A DNA stretch of 64,000 nt from Bacteriovoracia bacterium (GTDB lineage Bacteria; Bdellovibrionota; UBA1018; CAIPTA01). Of this stretch, positions 33,532 to 43,123 are shown piece by piece. The notes below the pieces were generated by a model. It was not told the DNA's origin and did no database searches. It saw nothing but the letters and a program-made list of their open reading frames with translations. The stretch lies in contig JBFWVL010000001.1 of NCBI GenBank assembly GCA_050246755.1, positions 1,600,001 through 1,664,000 on the forward strand, given 5' to 3'. The position numbers and the translations under genes are program-made. How positions within the stretch are numbered: the stretch's first letter is position 1; every line of letters begins with the position of its first letter.

Positions 33532-34632
33532 CTAGTTCGCGCTATTTACGATTTTATCGTGAGCAAATTTGGTTAGAATCGATTGGAACTGGGCGCTTAC
33601 GGGGCCGACGGTTAAATCCAGAACGGACTGGGCTTTTGGCGGTTTGGGTGCAGAAAAGCCATGCCCCACGCCTGGCACAATAGAAATCTCGCAATTTGTC
33701 TTGCCGACAGATCGACATGCAGAACCTAGGGCCAATGCCTCTCGAGCCGGAGTTTGCATGTCTAGCTCCCCATTGAAAACATAAACGTCTTGCTTGAGTG
33801 ATGCGGCCTTAGAGTTAATTTCTCCTCGCCTAAATATTCCATCCGCATAAAGTGGGGAATTTTCCAGCTTGGCGAAAATGCTTTTGAGTTTTTCGTCGTT
33901 GAGAAGGGCTGCTTCAATTTCACTGTAGGATACGAGTTGATTATCGCTTTTCCAGTTCCAACGAAACTCTGGCCATGCAAGGGCCTCATCATGGCTGACG
34001 AAACCATCTTTATTGGCATCTACGTCCGTTGCGATAAAAAACTCGATATCCCTGTGAAAAAGTTGCCAGTCCAGGATGGTGGCCAGGTCTACTCCTAGGT
34101 ACCCCAGTAAGATAATTCCTTTCACACGAGAGTCCATGGCAGCGTAGTCTACCGCAACTTGTGTTCCTTCGGAGTGGCCTAATAAATAGATTTTATCTGG
34201 GTCTACGCCGGGTTGTGCAAGGGCGAAGTCAACGGCGGCTTTCACATTTGCCAGTAAATCGCGCCAATGTAGTGCTTGATACATGGATTTGTCGTAGAGC
34301 CACTTTTCACTATCCCAGCCGGAAAAAAATTCAACACCAGGCTTCCCGAGCGCAATGGTATTTACTCCGGCTTGTGTAAGCGCATCAGTAAATTGTGCGA
34401 ATAAGCTATGATCTCTTCCGTCCAGAGTTATGCTTGAGGGCATCATTTCCTCTGGTCCGTTCGCACCTGATCCGGGAATCAAAATGATTGTGGGACGCTT
34501 TTCATTTTCAAAGATTTTAACAATAGCCCGCGAATGGAATGGACCAATTTCTGTTTTAGTTGCTGTCGCTGAGTGGGCTGATGCAGCGGTAACCAAAAAT
34601 CCTAGTAAAAGTAAAGGAAGTACCTTTCGCAT
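33532..34632 (-). CDS. secreted alpha/beta hydrolase
   Basis: signal peptide, PGSG, GHSEG nucleophile elbow, GELD, GVGH; EF-hand-like DANKDGFVSHDE. Confidence 0.88.
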   Translation of the reverse strand: MRKVLPLLLLGFLVTAASAHSATATKTEIGPFHSRAIVKIFENEKRPTIILIPGSGANGPEEMMPSSITLDGRDHSLFAQFTDALTQAGVNTIALGKPGVEFFSGWDSEKWLYDKSMYQALHWRDLLANVKAAVDFALAQPGVDPDKIYLLGHSEGTQVAVDYAAMDSRVKGIILLGYLGVDLATILDWQLFHRDIEFFIATDVDANKDGFVSHDEALAWPEFRWNWKSDNQLVSYSEIEAALLNDEKLKSIFAKLENSPLYADGIFRRGEINSKAASLKQDVYVFNGELDMQTPAREALALGSACRSVGKTNCEISIVPGVGHGFSAPKPPKAQSVLDLTVGPVSAQFQSILTKFAHDKIVNSAN

Positions 34633-35115
34633 TAGGGACTTATACCGCGCGTGGCCCGGCGCGTCAACTTCGTTCTGCTTTTAGATCCTGCGGGCTTCTT
34701 ATTCGCTGTAGGAGGACAGAGTTTCTCTGGGAGGATGCCGGCGGCTTACCTTTCTACCTAGCGCAAGATATGAAAAGTGCGGGCCTTTTTAGACTATAAG
34801 ATTTACGGGCGTTTGGATGGGTTCGACGATTGAAACATCACGAACGCCATTTTTATAATATCGGTATCCACGGATACGAGTTAACTGGTATCCCGGTTCT
34901 GATATGTAAGTTCACCTACTCAAAATTTATTTACCTTAATCATGGCCTTCAGCAAGTCGCACAGCCAAGCGCCGCGCATTTCACTACCTACCGCGAGGGC
35001 CTCATTTGGCAGTCATTTTTCACTAATGGCGAGTTCGAATAAGCAGGGCTATCAACTTGTAGATTATGCGAAATAGAACGCGGCTAACTATCATTGCGTC
35101 GTAATGAGTATTTAA

Positions 35116-35580
35116 ATGCAGCGATCTCTTGCCCCGATGGAAGATGCCTTTTACGCTTCGTGGATGCGGTTAAAAAAATTGAAAAAACCAAAGAACAAAA
35201 ATTCTAGGGCCCTCAAGCCCGGTGGGGTCGCCGAATACATCGCGGCATGCCCGAAAGAATCGCGGGCCAAGCTCAAGGATATAAGATCGGCCATTCGGGA
35301 AGTGGTCTGTGACGCCGTTGAAACGGTTAGTTACTTCGATATGCCTGGTTACTCCTATGACGGCTACGTTTATAACGGCATGTTCGCCTGGTTTAGCTTT
35401 AAGAAGCCCTTTGTGCGCCTGCATGTTCGTCCCCAAGCGCTAATAAAGTATAAAAAGGGCCTTGAGGGCTTCACCACCACTAGAGCGATCATCAGTTTCC
35501 CCGTGGATAAACCGATTCCCAAGGCACTGGTAAAAAAGCTAGTTCGGGCAAGTTTAAAAGACATGATTGATGCCAGCTGA
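35116..35580 (+). CDS. DUF1801 (YdhG/iron chaperone-like) protein; start uncertain
   Basis: VAEYIA..P...R..L..IR..I, E.VSY.MP.Y, FP.DKPIP..LVKKLV. Confidence 0.85.
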   Translation: MQRSLAPMEDAFYASWMRLKKLKKPKNKNSRALKPGGVAEYIAACPKESRAKLKDIRSAIREVVCDAVETVSYFDMPGYSYDGYVYNGMFAWFSFKKPFVRLHVRPQALIKYKKGLEGFTTTRAIISFPVDKPIPKALVKKLVRASLKDMIDAS

Positions 35581-35700
35581 TTCCGAGTCTAGTGGCTTCG
35601 CCGCGTCGGAAGAATAAGCATGATTTCTCCAGCGCTCGCTTTTTGTGACGAGCGAAGATATGATCATTCATATTTTTGTTTATTAAGCTCCGGGGATCCT

Positions 35701-37008
35701 ATGAGTGACTGCGCCTACTGCGATAAGCCGTACGAAAAAAACAGGACGAGAGAGCACGTTATTCCGAGCTGGTACCTAAAAGAGGACGGAATTTCCTTTA
35801 ATGAGCGCAGCCGGAATAAGGTCAGCAATGATGAGATCGTTATCCGTGACGTTTGCGCCGGCTGTAATAATGGGCCGCTATCGCGTCTCGATGCGTATGG
35901 GAAAAGTCTTTACCTTCAATATTTCCAGAATTTTGTTTTTGCCGAAGAGCAGGTGGCCCTTAAGTACGACTATCAGGAATTGGTGAAGTGGCTGCTGAAA
36001 ATTTCCTATAATTCGGCGCGCGCCAATAACTCTGACCCAGAAATCTTAGGCCAATATCGTTCGTATCTTATAGGCGACGCCGCCCTTCCAAATGGCGTCA
36101 TGCTCTTTCTAAGCATGATTGCTCCTTCGGTGGATGATCCAGAAGCGGGAATTCGGGCCGCGAATAGGCTTGAGCCCGATAGTCATAAGCCCGATATTTT
36201 CCGCGTGGGGGTGGGAAGTTTCCCGGGGATCGACGGCATTTATTGGGTAAATCGCGTGGTTAGCATCGGTTCTTTCCGGTTCCTGCTATTCGTGCCCGAT
36301 TTGGTGCAGGCGAATATAGCCACCGAAACCGCGCAAGTGCTGAACGCATTGAGGGCGCTGCCTTCTTCTCCGGTTCGGCTCACCGACAAGAATGAAGTGA
36401 TTTCACCCAAGCCCTATACCGACTTCGCCTCGGATTTCTCGACTCACATGTTTCAGAATCCGGTGGCGGTCAAGCGGCACCTGGGGGCGTATAGCGAAGA
36501 TCCCGAAGAGGCGGAAGCGGAAAAAGCGTTGGAGCAGCTTCACGCCCAAAAGGCGGATATCTTTACGGTTGTAATCGATCGCATGGAAATCGAGTCGGGA
36601 GACATAACGGCGACCTACCAGTATTTAACGAGCTTTATTAGCAATCGTGAGGGCGTTTTAAAGTATTTTGGCAAAGTGGAAGTCACGGTATTTGGTTACG
36701 ACGATGATCCGAGAGAGCTGTATCAGATAGCCGAGGTCCGCAAATTCTTGAAAGAGCTGGATGCCAAATTTCCCTACTGGTTGGCTCTCCAGTCCGATAA
36801 GGGAATGTGGATCAAGGTTCTTTTTGCCTGCTTAAATAAAACGGAACGTATCGGCGGGAAAGTTCACTGGGAAAAAGAGGACGACACGTTGATTCCGCGG
36901 TGGTTCATGGGATTAAATGAGGTGACCCATCGCTTTGCGCTGCCGATAAATAAAAATCGCGCCCAGTCAGATTTGGTGAAAAAATTAATTTTCGATCATT
37001 TTCAGTAG
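35701..37008 (+). CDS. HNH-like nuclease fused to CRR6/DUF1817-like domain
   Basis: CAYC...TREHVIP...VCAGCNNG; C-terminal GYDDDPRELYQIAEVRKF...FPYW. Confidence 0.7.
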   Translation: MSDCAYCDKPYEKNRTREHVIPSWYLKEDGISFNERSRNKVSNDEIVIRDVCAGCNNGPLSRLDAYGKSLYLQYFQNFVFAEEQVALKYDYQELVKWLLKISYNSARANNSDPEILGQYRSYLIGDAALPNGVMLFLSMIAPSVDDPEAGIRAANRLEPDSHKPDIFRVGVGSFPGIDGIYWVNRVVSIGSFRFLLFVPDLVQANIATETAQVLNALRALPSSPVRLTDKNEVISPKPYTDFASDFSTHMFQNPVAVKRHLGAYSEDPEEAEAEKALEQLHAQKADIFTVVIDRMEIESGDITATYQYLTSFISNREGVLKYFGKVEVTVFGYDDDPRELYQIAEVRKFLKELDAKFPYWLALQSDKGMWIKVLFACLNKTERIGGKVHWEKEDDTLIPRWFMGLNEVTHRFALPINKNRAQSDLVKKLIFDHFQ

Positions 37009-37080
37009 GGCAAATAATGGAGCGCCCGTACTAGACTCCCGCGCTTATATTCCTTAAACTTTCTCCTAGGGAGTTAAGCC

Positions 37081-37452
37081 ATGAATATTCTCTTGTGGGT
37101 TCTTCAAGTTCTTCTTGCCCTGCACACGGCGATCGGCGCGGTATGGAAGTTTTCTCATTCCGCCGAACAAACGATGCCTTCGCTGAAGGCGATTTCCGGC
37201 GGCGCCTGGTTCGTGCTAACCGTTTTTGAAATAGTTTGCGCCCTGTGCCTGGTCGTTCCCGCCGCCCATAGGCCGCTTGCTCCTTTGGCTTCGATCGCGG
37301 CCTTGCTTATCGCCGCCGAAATGCTCCTCTTCTGCGGGCTGCATATTTCTGCCGGCGCCGCGACCAAGGGCCCCACGGTGTATTGGCTAGTGGTGGCGGC
37401 TTTATGCGGATTTATCGCCTATGGCCGATACGTGATGAGTCCGCTCTCGTAA
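37081..37452 (+). CDS. DoxX-like membrane protein
   Basis: MNILLWVLQVLLAL...G..K, four TM segments. Confidence 0.8.
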   Translation: MNILLWVLQVLLALHTAIGAVWKFSHSAEQTMPSLKAISGGAWFVLTVFEIVCALCLVVPAAHRPLAPLASIAALLIAAEMLLFCGLHISAGAATKGPTVYWLVVAALCGFIAYGRYVMSPLS

Positions 37453-37464
37453 GCCAAATCAGTT

Positions 37465-38004
37465 ATGCCCAATGAAATCTTAGAATTTTGGTTCTCGCCC
37501 CGCGTAAGCAAGCTCTGGTTCAATTCCACGCCGGAGTTCGACAAAGAGCTGAAGGATCGCTTTGAGCCGCTCTTAAGGCGCGCGATTGCGGGAGAATTGA
37601 GCGATTGGAAAAATTCGGCCGCGGGAGCTCTCGCCCTCGCGATCGTGCTCGATCAGTTTCCGCTCAATATGTTTCGCGGAAAAGCGGAGAGCTATGCCAC
37701 CGGACACCTCGCCGTGGCCGTGGCCAAGGACGCGATTGCGCACGGCTTCGATTCCACCTTGCCGAAATCGCAGCTGGCTTTTCTCTATATGCCGCTGCTG
37801 CACAGTGAGAGCATGGCCGATCAGAACCAAAGCGTGGAGCTTTTCGAAAAGGCCGAGCTGAAAGGAAATATCGCCTTCGCCAAGCACCACCGCGAGATCG
37901 TGCGCCGGTTTGGGCGATTCCCTCACCGTAACCAGGCGCTTGGCCGGGTGAGCACCCCCGAAGAAACGGCTTACCTTGCTTCCAAAGAGGGCTTTCAAGG
38001 GTAA
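37465..38004 (+). CDS. DUF924 family protein
   Basis: ILEFWF, LDQFP.NMFR, FLYMPL.HSE, RFGRFPHRN..LGR.STPEE. Confidence 0.93.
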   Translation: MPNEILEFWFSPRVSKLWFNSTPEFDKELKDRFEPLLRRAIAGELSDWKNSAAGALALAIVLDQFPLNMFRGKAESYATGHLAVAVAKDAIAHGFDSTLPKSQLAFLYMPLLHSESMADQNQSVELFEKAELKGNIAFAKHHREIVRRFGRFPHRNQALGRVSTPEETAYLASKEGFQG

Positions 38005-38045
38005 GCGTCTTGCCATCTTGCCTGGAGTAGAAGCAAAATGGCCGG

Positions 38046-39542
38046 ATGGAAACCTCCGCACGCTGGCTCAATCCCTTATTAGTAACGGCTTTCTTATTTA
38101 CGCTTCTCTACTCGCTGTGGTGCGCCACCGTGGGCTGGGGTACCCCGATCGTGCAGCAATATGAGTTCGTGCAGGCGAAAGCGGCCATTACTACTTACTA
38201 TATCGCGCAGGGCGGGCCGATCCTTCGCTACGAGCTTCCGGTGATGGGGCCGCCCTGGTCGGTGCCGTACGAGTTTCCCTTCTACCAAGTGGCGTCGGCC
38301 TGGACGCATAACCTCACGGGAATGCCGCTCGAGGCGGCCGGCCGGATCGTGGCCAAGATTTTTTTCTACCTCTCTTGCATTCCTTTATTCCTAATCGCCA
38401 GGGTGCTTGGATTTACGGGAAGAACGCCGCTGGTCCCCGTCACGCTCTTTCTGGCCAGCCCTATTTACTTGTACTGGTCGCGGCAGTTCATGAATGAGTC
38501 CACGGCCACGTTTTTTGGGTTGGCGTACTTGGCCGCCGCCATGCTTTGGGCGAAGAACCCAGGGAATGGAAAATGGTTGTTGGCTTTAGTTTTTGGAGTG
38601 GCGGCCGCGCTGGCAAAGTCCACCACTTACTCCACCTTCGGGCTGACCGCGGGTATTTTTCTTAGCTACGAGCTCTTCCGCGGGAGGTCTATTTCTTTCG
38701 CCGCCGTGATGAGGGCGCTCACGATCCTCGTTGTTCCCCTGGTAGCCGGGTTGCTATGGGTCCGCTATACCGACGGGGTGAAGCTGTTGAATCCTTTGGC
38801 GGCCGACACTCATACCTCCGCCGCGCTTTCGCAGTGGTATTTGTCGAGCAACTGGGTGGAGCGGATGTCGGGGAATCTTTGGTATCATTTTTTCCGCATC
38901 ACTCTCCACGACGCCATCGGGCACCGTGCCGTATGGATTCTTTCTCTGTTCGTGGCGGCTTACTTGGGAAAGCGGGCGTGGCTCTATTGGCTATGCTCCT
39001 GCTTGTTCCTAGTGGCACCCTTGCTTTTCACCCACGCTCATCTATTGCACGACTACTACGCCAATGCGAACGCGGTGTTTCTGGTTTTCGCGGCCGCGGT
39101 GTTGGTGGAGCGTGCGATCGCCTCGGAAAAAAAGTGGGGCGTTTGGCTGGGCGCGGTTTTTTTCGTTTTGGTGATTGGTTACGAAGTGCGGGATTTCATG
39201 GGTAAGGGGTATCTTCAGCAGCAAGAGCGGAGAATGCCGCAGATTGATTTTGCGAAGAAGCTCCAGGGCATCGTGGCTCCGGGCGACGTGATGCTGATGT
39301 ACGGGGAGGACTGGTGCCCCGTGATTCCTTATTACGCCGAGCGCCGGGCGATCATGATGCAGAATTCTACTTGGTATAATCCGCGATTGGCGGAGAGCTT
39401 GGCTTTGCTGAAGCAGGAGGGGAAGAAGGTGAGCGTCACCGTTCTTTGCCACGAGGCCCGAACGGACGAAGTGCTCAAGAGCCGGATTTTCCTCGGTCCC
39501 TTGCTGTTGCGGGATACCTGCGACGTCTACGCCTATCGCTAG
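38046..39542 (+). CDS. GT-C (ArnT/PMT-like) membrane glycosyltransferase
   Basis: multi-TM; PWSVPYEFPFYQ, HDYY. Confidence 0.75.
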   Translation: METSARWLNPLLVTAFLFTLLYSLWCATVGWGTPIVQQYEFVQAKAAITTYYIAQGGPILRYELPVMGPPWSVPYEFPFYQVASAWTHNLTGMPLEAAGRIVAKIFFYLSCIPLFLIARVLGFTGRTPLVPVTLFLASPIYLYWSRQFMNESTATFFGLAYLAAAMLWAKNPGNGKWLLALVFGVAAALAKSTTYSTFGLTAGIFLSYELFRGRSISFAAVMRALTILVVPLVAGLLWVRYTDGVKLLNPLAADTHTSAALSQWYLSSNWVERMSGNLWYHFFRITLHDAIGHRAVWILSLFVAAYLGKRAWLYWLCSCLFLVAPLLFTHAHLLHDYYANANAVFLVFAAAVLVERAIASEKKWGVWLGAVFFVLVIGYEVRDFMGKGYLQQQERRMPQIDFAKKLQGIVAPGDVMLMYGEDWCPVIPYYAERRAIMMQNSTWYNPRLAESLALLKQEGKKVSVTVLCHEARTDEVLKSRIFLGPLLLRDTCDVYAYR

Positions 39543-40225
39543 AAGAGCATGAAGCTCAGGCCGGCGTAGTATTGCTTGAAGCTGCCGTCGGCTCTTTTCC
39601 CGCTGCTTTCGCTGGCGGAATAAGTAAGGCTACGCATTTCGAGAGAAAGAATGAAGGGATTCTTCAGCACGAAGGAAACGCCGGTGCCCCAGCCATCGCC
39701 ATTGGAGGCGGCGTCGCCGTTCATGTGGGCTTTAAAATATTTCGTATAGTAAGCTTGCAGCGGAGTATAGGGAACATCAATTCCGACTACTGCGCCGAGC
39801 ATGGAATTTTTACTCTTCACGCTTTGGCGACTAAAAGTATTGGTCGGTCCCTCTACCAGCGTGTCGCGGCTGATGGACTGAATGGTATAGTCTATGCCTA
39901 CGCGTAACGAGCTCATGATCAGTAGGCCGCCGCGTCCGCCGTAGTAGAATCCCTGCACGTCGAGATCGCCGGCGGTGGTGGTGGCTCCGCCCGGAGCGGT
40001 TCTTTTTTGTTCGCTGCTGCCTGAAGCGTAGCCCGCGTAGGGCTGCATCCAGATATACACTAAGATGCTCTTCATTTTCTCTTTGGCGGGTCCGATCAAG
40101 GGTTCCGAGAGATCGCCGAGAAGATCGATTCCGAAGGCGTGGGCTTTAACGGGAATGAGGAGCGAAGAGAAGAGAAAGCAAAACAAAAATAGGGCGGTCT
40201 TTGAAGCTCTGTAAACATCGTCCAT
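39539..40225 (-). CDS. outer membrane beta-barrel protein
   Basis: signal-like N-terminus, alternating beta strands, C-terminal aromatic (YYAGLSFMLF); start uncertain. Confidence 0.6.
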   Translation of the reverse strand: MDDVYRASKTALFLFCFLFSSLLIPVKAHAFGIDLLGDLSEPLIGPAKEKMKSILVYIWMQPYAGYASGSSEQKRTAPGGATTTAGDLDVQGFYYGGRGGLLIMSSLRVGIDYTIQSISRDTLVEGPTNTFSRQSVKSKNSMLGAVVGIDVPYTPLQAYYTKYFKAHMNGDAASNGDGWGTGVSFVLKNPFILSLEMRSLTYSASESSGKRADGSFKQYYAGLSFMLF

Positions 40226-40527
40226 GACGTCTCGCTCTCTTGTCTGAAATTTATCGATTGGGATTTGCCCGAATGGCAAAAGCGCCCACAGCTATATTGT
40301 ACTTTGCTTTGAATTCCTTTTTAAAGGGGAAATGTGGGGGCCTGCCACAGCAAGAGGTAAGTGGCTGATTTTAGGGAGGGTGGGGAAGAAGAAAGTCGGT
40401 GCCAGGTTTTTCTTTGACCTAATTTTTAGACCGTGATTTTCGACGTAAAAATATCGCCTGCCGCCGCGGAGCGTTGGGCGGAGTCGGGCTGGTTTTTATC
40501 CCATTGGCGATGGTAAACAACTAAGCA

Positions 40528-41382
40528 ATGGCCATGCATAGTAAGGAAAGTGCCGGAAGGGTAGCGCCGCTTAGCGATTACCTGGATTCCTCGCGCGAGG
40601 ATTTGATTGCGTTCGTGGAGCGGTCACTCGGTGAAATGATTCGGGTGCACGATAGTGACGTCGCCGTAGAAGAGCTGGAGCACCAACTCTCGCAGCGCGA
40701 GAGTTTTTTCTCTCTCGTCAGCCATGACCTGCGTGGTCCGCTTACCACCGCGAAAATTTGTTCTGAATTGCTGAGCTGTTCGCCCGAGATGCCCGAAAAT
40801 CTCCAGGCGCTCGCGCGGCGGATTACGCTCGCGGTAGATCGGGCCAACGGAATGATCGGTGATTTTCTGGATGCGCGCCGCTTAGAGAGCGGAATGGCGG
40901 TGCCGGTGCAGCTTGCGAGCTGCGATCTCCACGAGGTATTGCAGCCCGCAATCGAAGAGATGAATCTCATTCATCGCGGACGCTGCCGCTATCGTGGCCA
41001 GGCCGGAACAGTCGGTATTTGGGATCGCGTGGCGCTTCGCCGTGCCGTGGATAATCTTGTGAATAATGCCCTAAAATACGGTGCCGCCGATGGAGAAGTG
41101 TCGGTTTCAGTAGAGGACCTTGGCGGCAGCGTGAGCATTTCGGTGCATAATGCCGGCAACCCCATTCCCGCCGTAGACCTCGATACTTTGTTTACCTGGA
41201 ACCGCCGCACGGAATCTGCGCTACAGAGCGGACAGACGGGCTGGGGCTTGGGCCTGGTGCTGGTGAAGGGAGTGGCCGAAGCGCACGGGGGTTCCGTAAA
41301 GGCCGAAAGTTCCGCGGAGAGTGGAACCACGTTTAGTATTTTCCTGCCTAAGCACGCGGCAACTCCGCGGTCCGTTCATTAG
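40528..41382 (+). CDS. cytoplasmic histidine kinase without clear sensor domain
   Basis: VSHDLRGPL, NLVNNALKYG, GWGLGL. Confidence 0.92.
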   Translation: MAMHSKESAGRVAPLSDYLDSSREDLIAFVERSLGEMIRVHDSDVAVEELEHQLSQRESFFSLVSHDLRGPLTTAKICSELLSCSPEMPENLQALARRITLAVDRANGMIGDFLDARRLESGMAVPVQLASCDLHEVLQPAIEEMNLIHRGRCRYRGQAGTVGIWDRVALRRAVDNLVNNALKYGAADGEVSVSVEDLGGSVSISVHNAGNPIPAVDLDTLFTWNRRTESALQSGQTGWGLGLVLVKGVAEAHGGSVKAESSAESGTTFSIFLPKHAATPRSVH

Positions 41383-42402
41383 TTAGCCGAGTACCAGCGG
41401 TTCGCCTTTGCGCATCGATTCCGCAATTTTTTTAAAAACTCCGCCCGTATATTCCGGATCTTTTTCAAAGAGAAAGGCCTCTAGAAAATTTGTGGAAGGA
41501 TTTGCTGGTCGTTTGTCTAAATAAAAATCCAAAAGATCATGGGCCACGATGAAGATCGACGCTAGCGGGCTGATCTGCTGCGAATAGAGGCCGCGGGGGA
41601 AGCCGCTGCCATCGGGGCGCTCGTGATGCTGGGTCAGAATCACGTCTATGTCGGGGGGGAGCTGGGGCATCTCTCGCGAAAATTCGGCCGCGCGAGAAGG
41701 ATGAAGTTTTAGGTTCTGGTTATCCGCGGTGCTGAAATCGGTGGCGTCATCGATGTCCTTGAGACGGCGTATGCGGGCCAGGCGATTGTCGGTGAGGGAT
41801 AGGTCGTGAAGGAGGGCAGCCGTAGCCAGCTTCATAAAAGTGAGCGGTGATTTCCAGCCTAGCTGAGTGGCGAGCGCGCACGCTACTTCGGCGAGCATAA
41901 GGCTATGCGAGGTAATGTATTTGCCTTCCTGTTTCTGGAGCTTGCGCAGAATCAGGGAGAGTTCGGGGCTCGAGCCAATGGCGCGCATAATGAGCTGCAC
42001 CGATTTTTGGGCAAGCTCTTGCACAGGCGGAGTGAATCCGAGCTGCAGCGTTACCTCGTGCACCAGTTCCAGAGAGTCTTCCGCGGCTTCGCGAACTGCT
42101 TCCTGGGAATAGTTTGGATTAGAGAGGATTTCGTCGATGCCGGTGTCTTCGCCGGCGAGGAGGGCGGGAGCGTCTTCTTTTCTGATGTAGAGGAATTTAA
42201 GGCCCTTGCGTGCCAGAAGTGGCCGAAGGTCTGCCGGGCCGAACCCGTCTTCTTTACGAAATCTTTTTTGATAGTGGTCGGGTGCGAGCCGCACATAGGC
42301 GTCGATTTTCAGCGACCGCCGAAAAATGGGACTGCGTAGTTCGATTCGGATAAAATCGGAGTCCGGCAGCTTCCTGTCGTTTTGTGACTCATCGTCGATC
42401 AG
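41383..42402 (-). CDS. HD-GYP domain protein (start uncertain)
   Basis: ALLHD, QHHERPDGSGFPRGL; frame open upstream of GTG 42294. Confidence 0.82.
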   Translation of the reverse strand: MIDDESQNDRKLPDSDFIRIELRSPIFRRSLKIDAYVRLAPDHYQKRFRKEDGFGPADLRPLLARKGLKFLYIRKEDAPALLAGEDTGIDEILSNPNYSQEAVREAAEDSLELVHEVTLQLGFTPPVQELAQKSVQLIMRAIGSSPELSLILRKLQKQEGKYITSHSLMLAEVACALATQLGWKSPLTFMKLATAALLHDLSLTDNRLARIRRLKDIDDATDFSTADNQNLKLHPSRAAEFSREMPQLPPDIDVILTQHHERPDGSGFPRGLYSQQISPLASIFIVAHDLLDFYLDKRPANPSTNFLEAFLFEKDPEYTGGVFKKIAESMRKGEPLVLG

Positions 42403-42538
42403 GGGGAACCTCGCCTTTCATTGTAGAAAGCTTCGCGGTTCGATTCAATTCGGGATAAGAAGAATGCATTGCGCAAACTATTTTTGTGCTAAAACGCCAC
42501 GGACGGTATGGTACCGCCGTGGTGCGCCTGCCATGCGA

Positions 42539-42877
42539 TCAATTGTGGCGGTTTCCGGGGCCAGGGCCGCGAGCGAGTTTTGTATTGCCCATGGGCTTGG
42601 GTTGCAAATTCGCTTTATCGTGTAGCTCGTGGGGAGGCGCTTGGTGCACATGCGGATCTTCGGAGGAATGTTGTGCCTGTTGCTGCTGTTTCATTTGAAA
42701 AAGCTCCATTACCGAAAGACCTTTCGATTTTGCTTTCGATTTCGCTTTAGTCTTTGCTTTCGCCATCGTTTTTTTCGTCGGCTTGGCGAGCATTTTAGCT
42801 TTTGCCTTTACTGGTTTTTTTGCGGATTTTTTCTTGGCTTTCGCCGGAGCCCTTTTGGTCTTGGTGGATTTTTTCAT
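42539..42877 (-). CDS. small Lys/Ala-rich basic protein
   Basis: MKKSTKTKRAPAKAKKKSAKK...; GGAG SD before ATG 42877. Confidence 0.7.
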   Translation of the reverse strand: MKKSTKTKRAPAKAKKKSAKKPVKAKAKMLAKPTKKTMAKAKTKAKSKAKSKGLSVMELFQMKQQQQAQHSSEDPHVHQAPPHELHDKANLQPKPMGNTKLARGPGPGNRHN

Positions 42878-43123
42878 AGTTACTCCAATTTTTTTGCTAG
42901 CGATAAAGTATATCGGTTTGTTTCGCGAGATGCACGTACACCTATTTCTAACCCCAGAACGCCTTTCGATGCGTGTAGCCATTACCCACCCCGGGCATGG
43001 GAAAATTTGGACACGTGTTCCGGAGGTGCAAAAGCTGCACCAGCTTAGCGGTACCGCATTTTTAGGTGGCTGCGAAAATCAGTTGTTGGGTAAAATTGAG
43101 GTAATAAACTTGGAGAACATTGA

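Larger units (their letters stand above)
32351..34854 (+). repeat. three dispersed copies of ACGCCATTTTT (tRNA-Glu 3' end plus T-run)
   Basis: copies at 32376, 33172 and 34844; original at 30274. Confidence 0.7.
30280..37010. mobile_element. tRNA-Glu-anchored accessory islet (no integrase in window)
   Basis: visibly AT-richer, heterogeneous cargo, long spacers, repeated tRNA 3'-end sequences; right boundary uncertain. Confidence 0.55.

Noticed and set aside
33272-33535. 87-aa ORF in the islet, and the 70-aa ORF at 34830-35042
   Set aside because: No recognisable family or SD; they may be gene remnants but cannot be supported.
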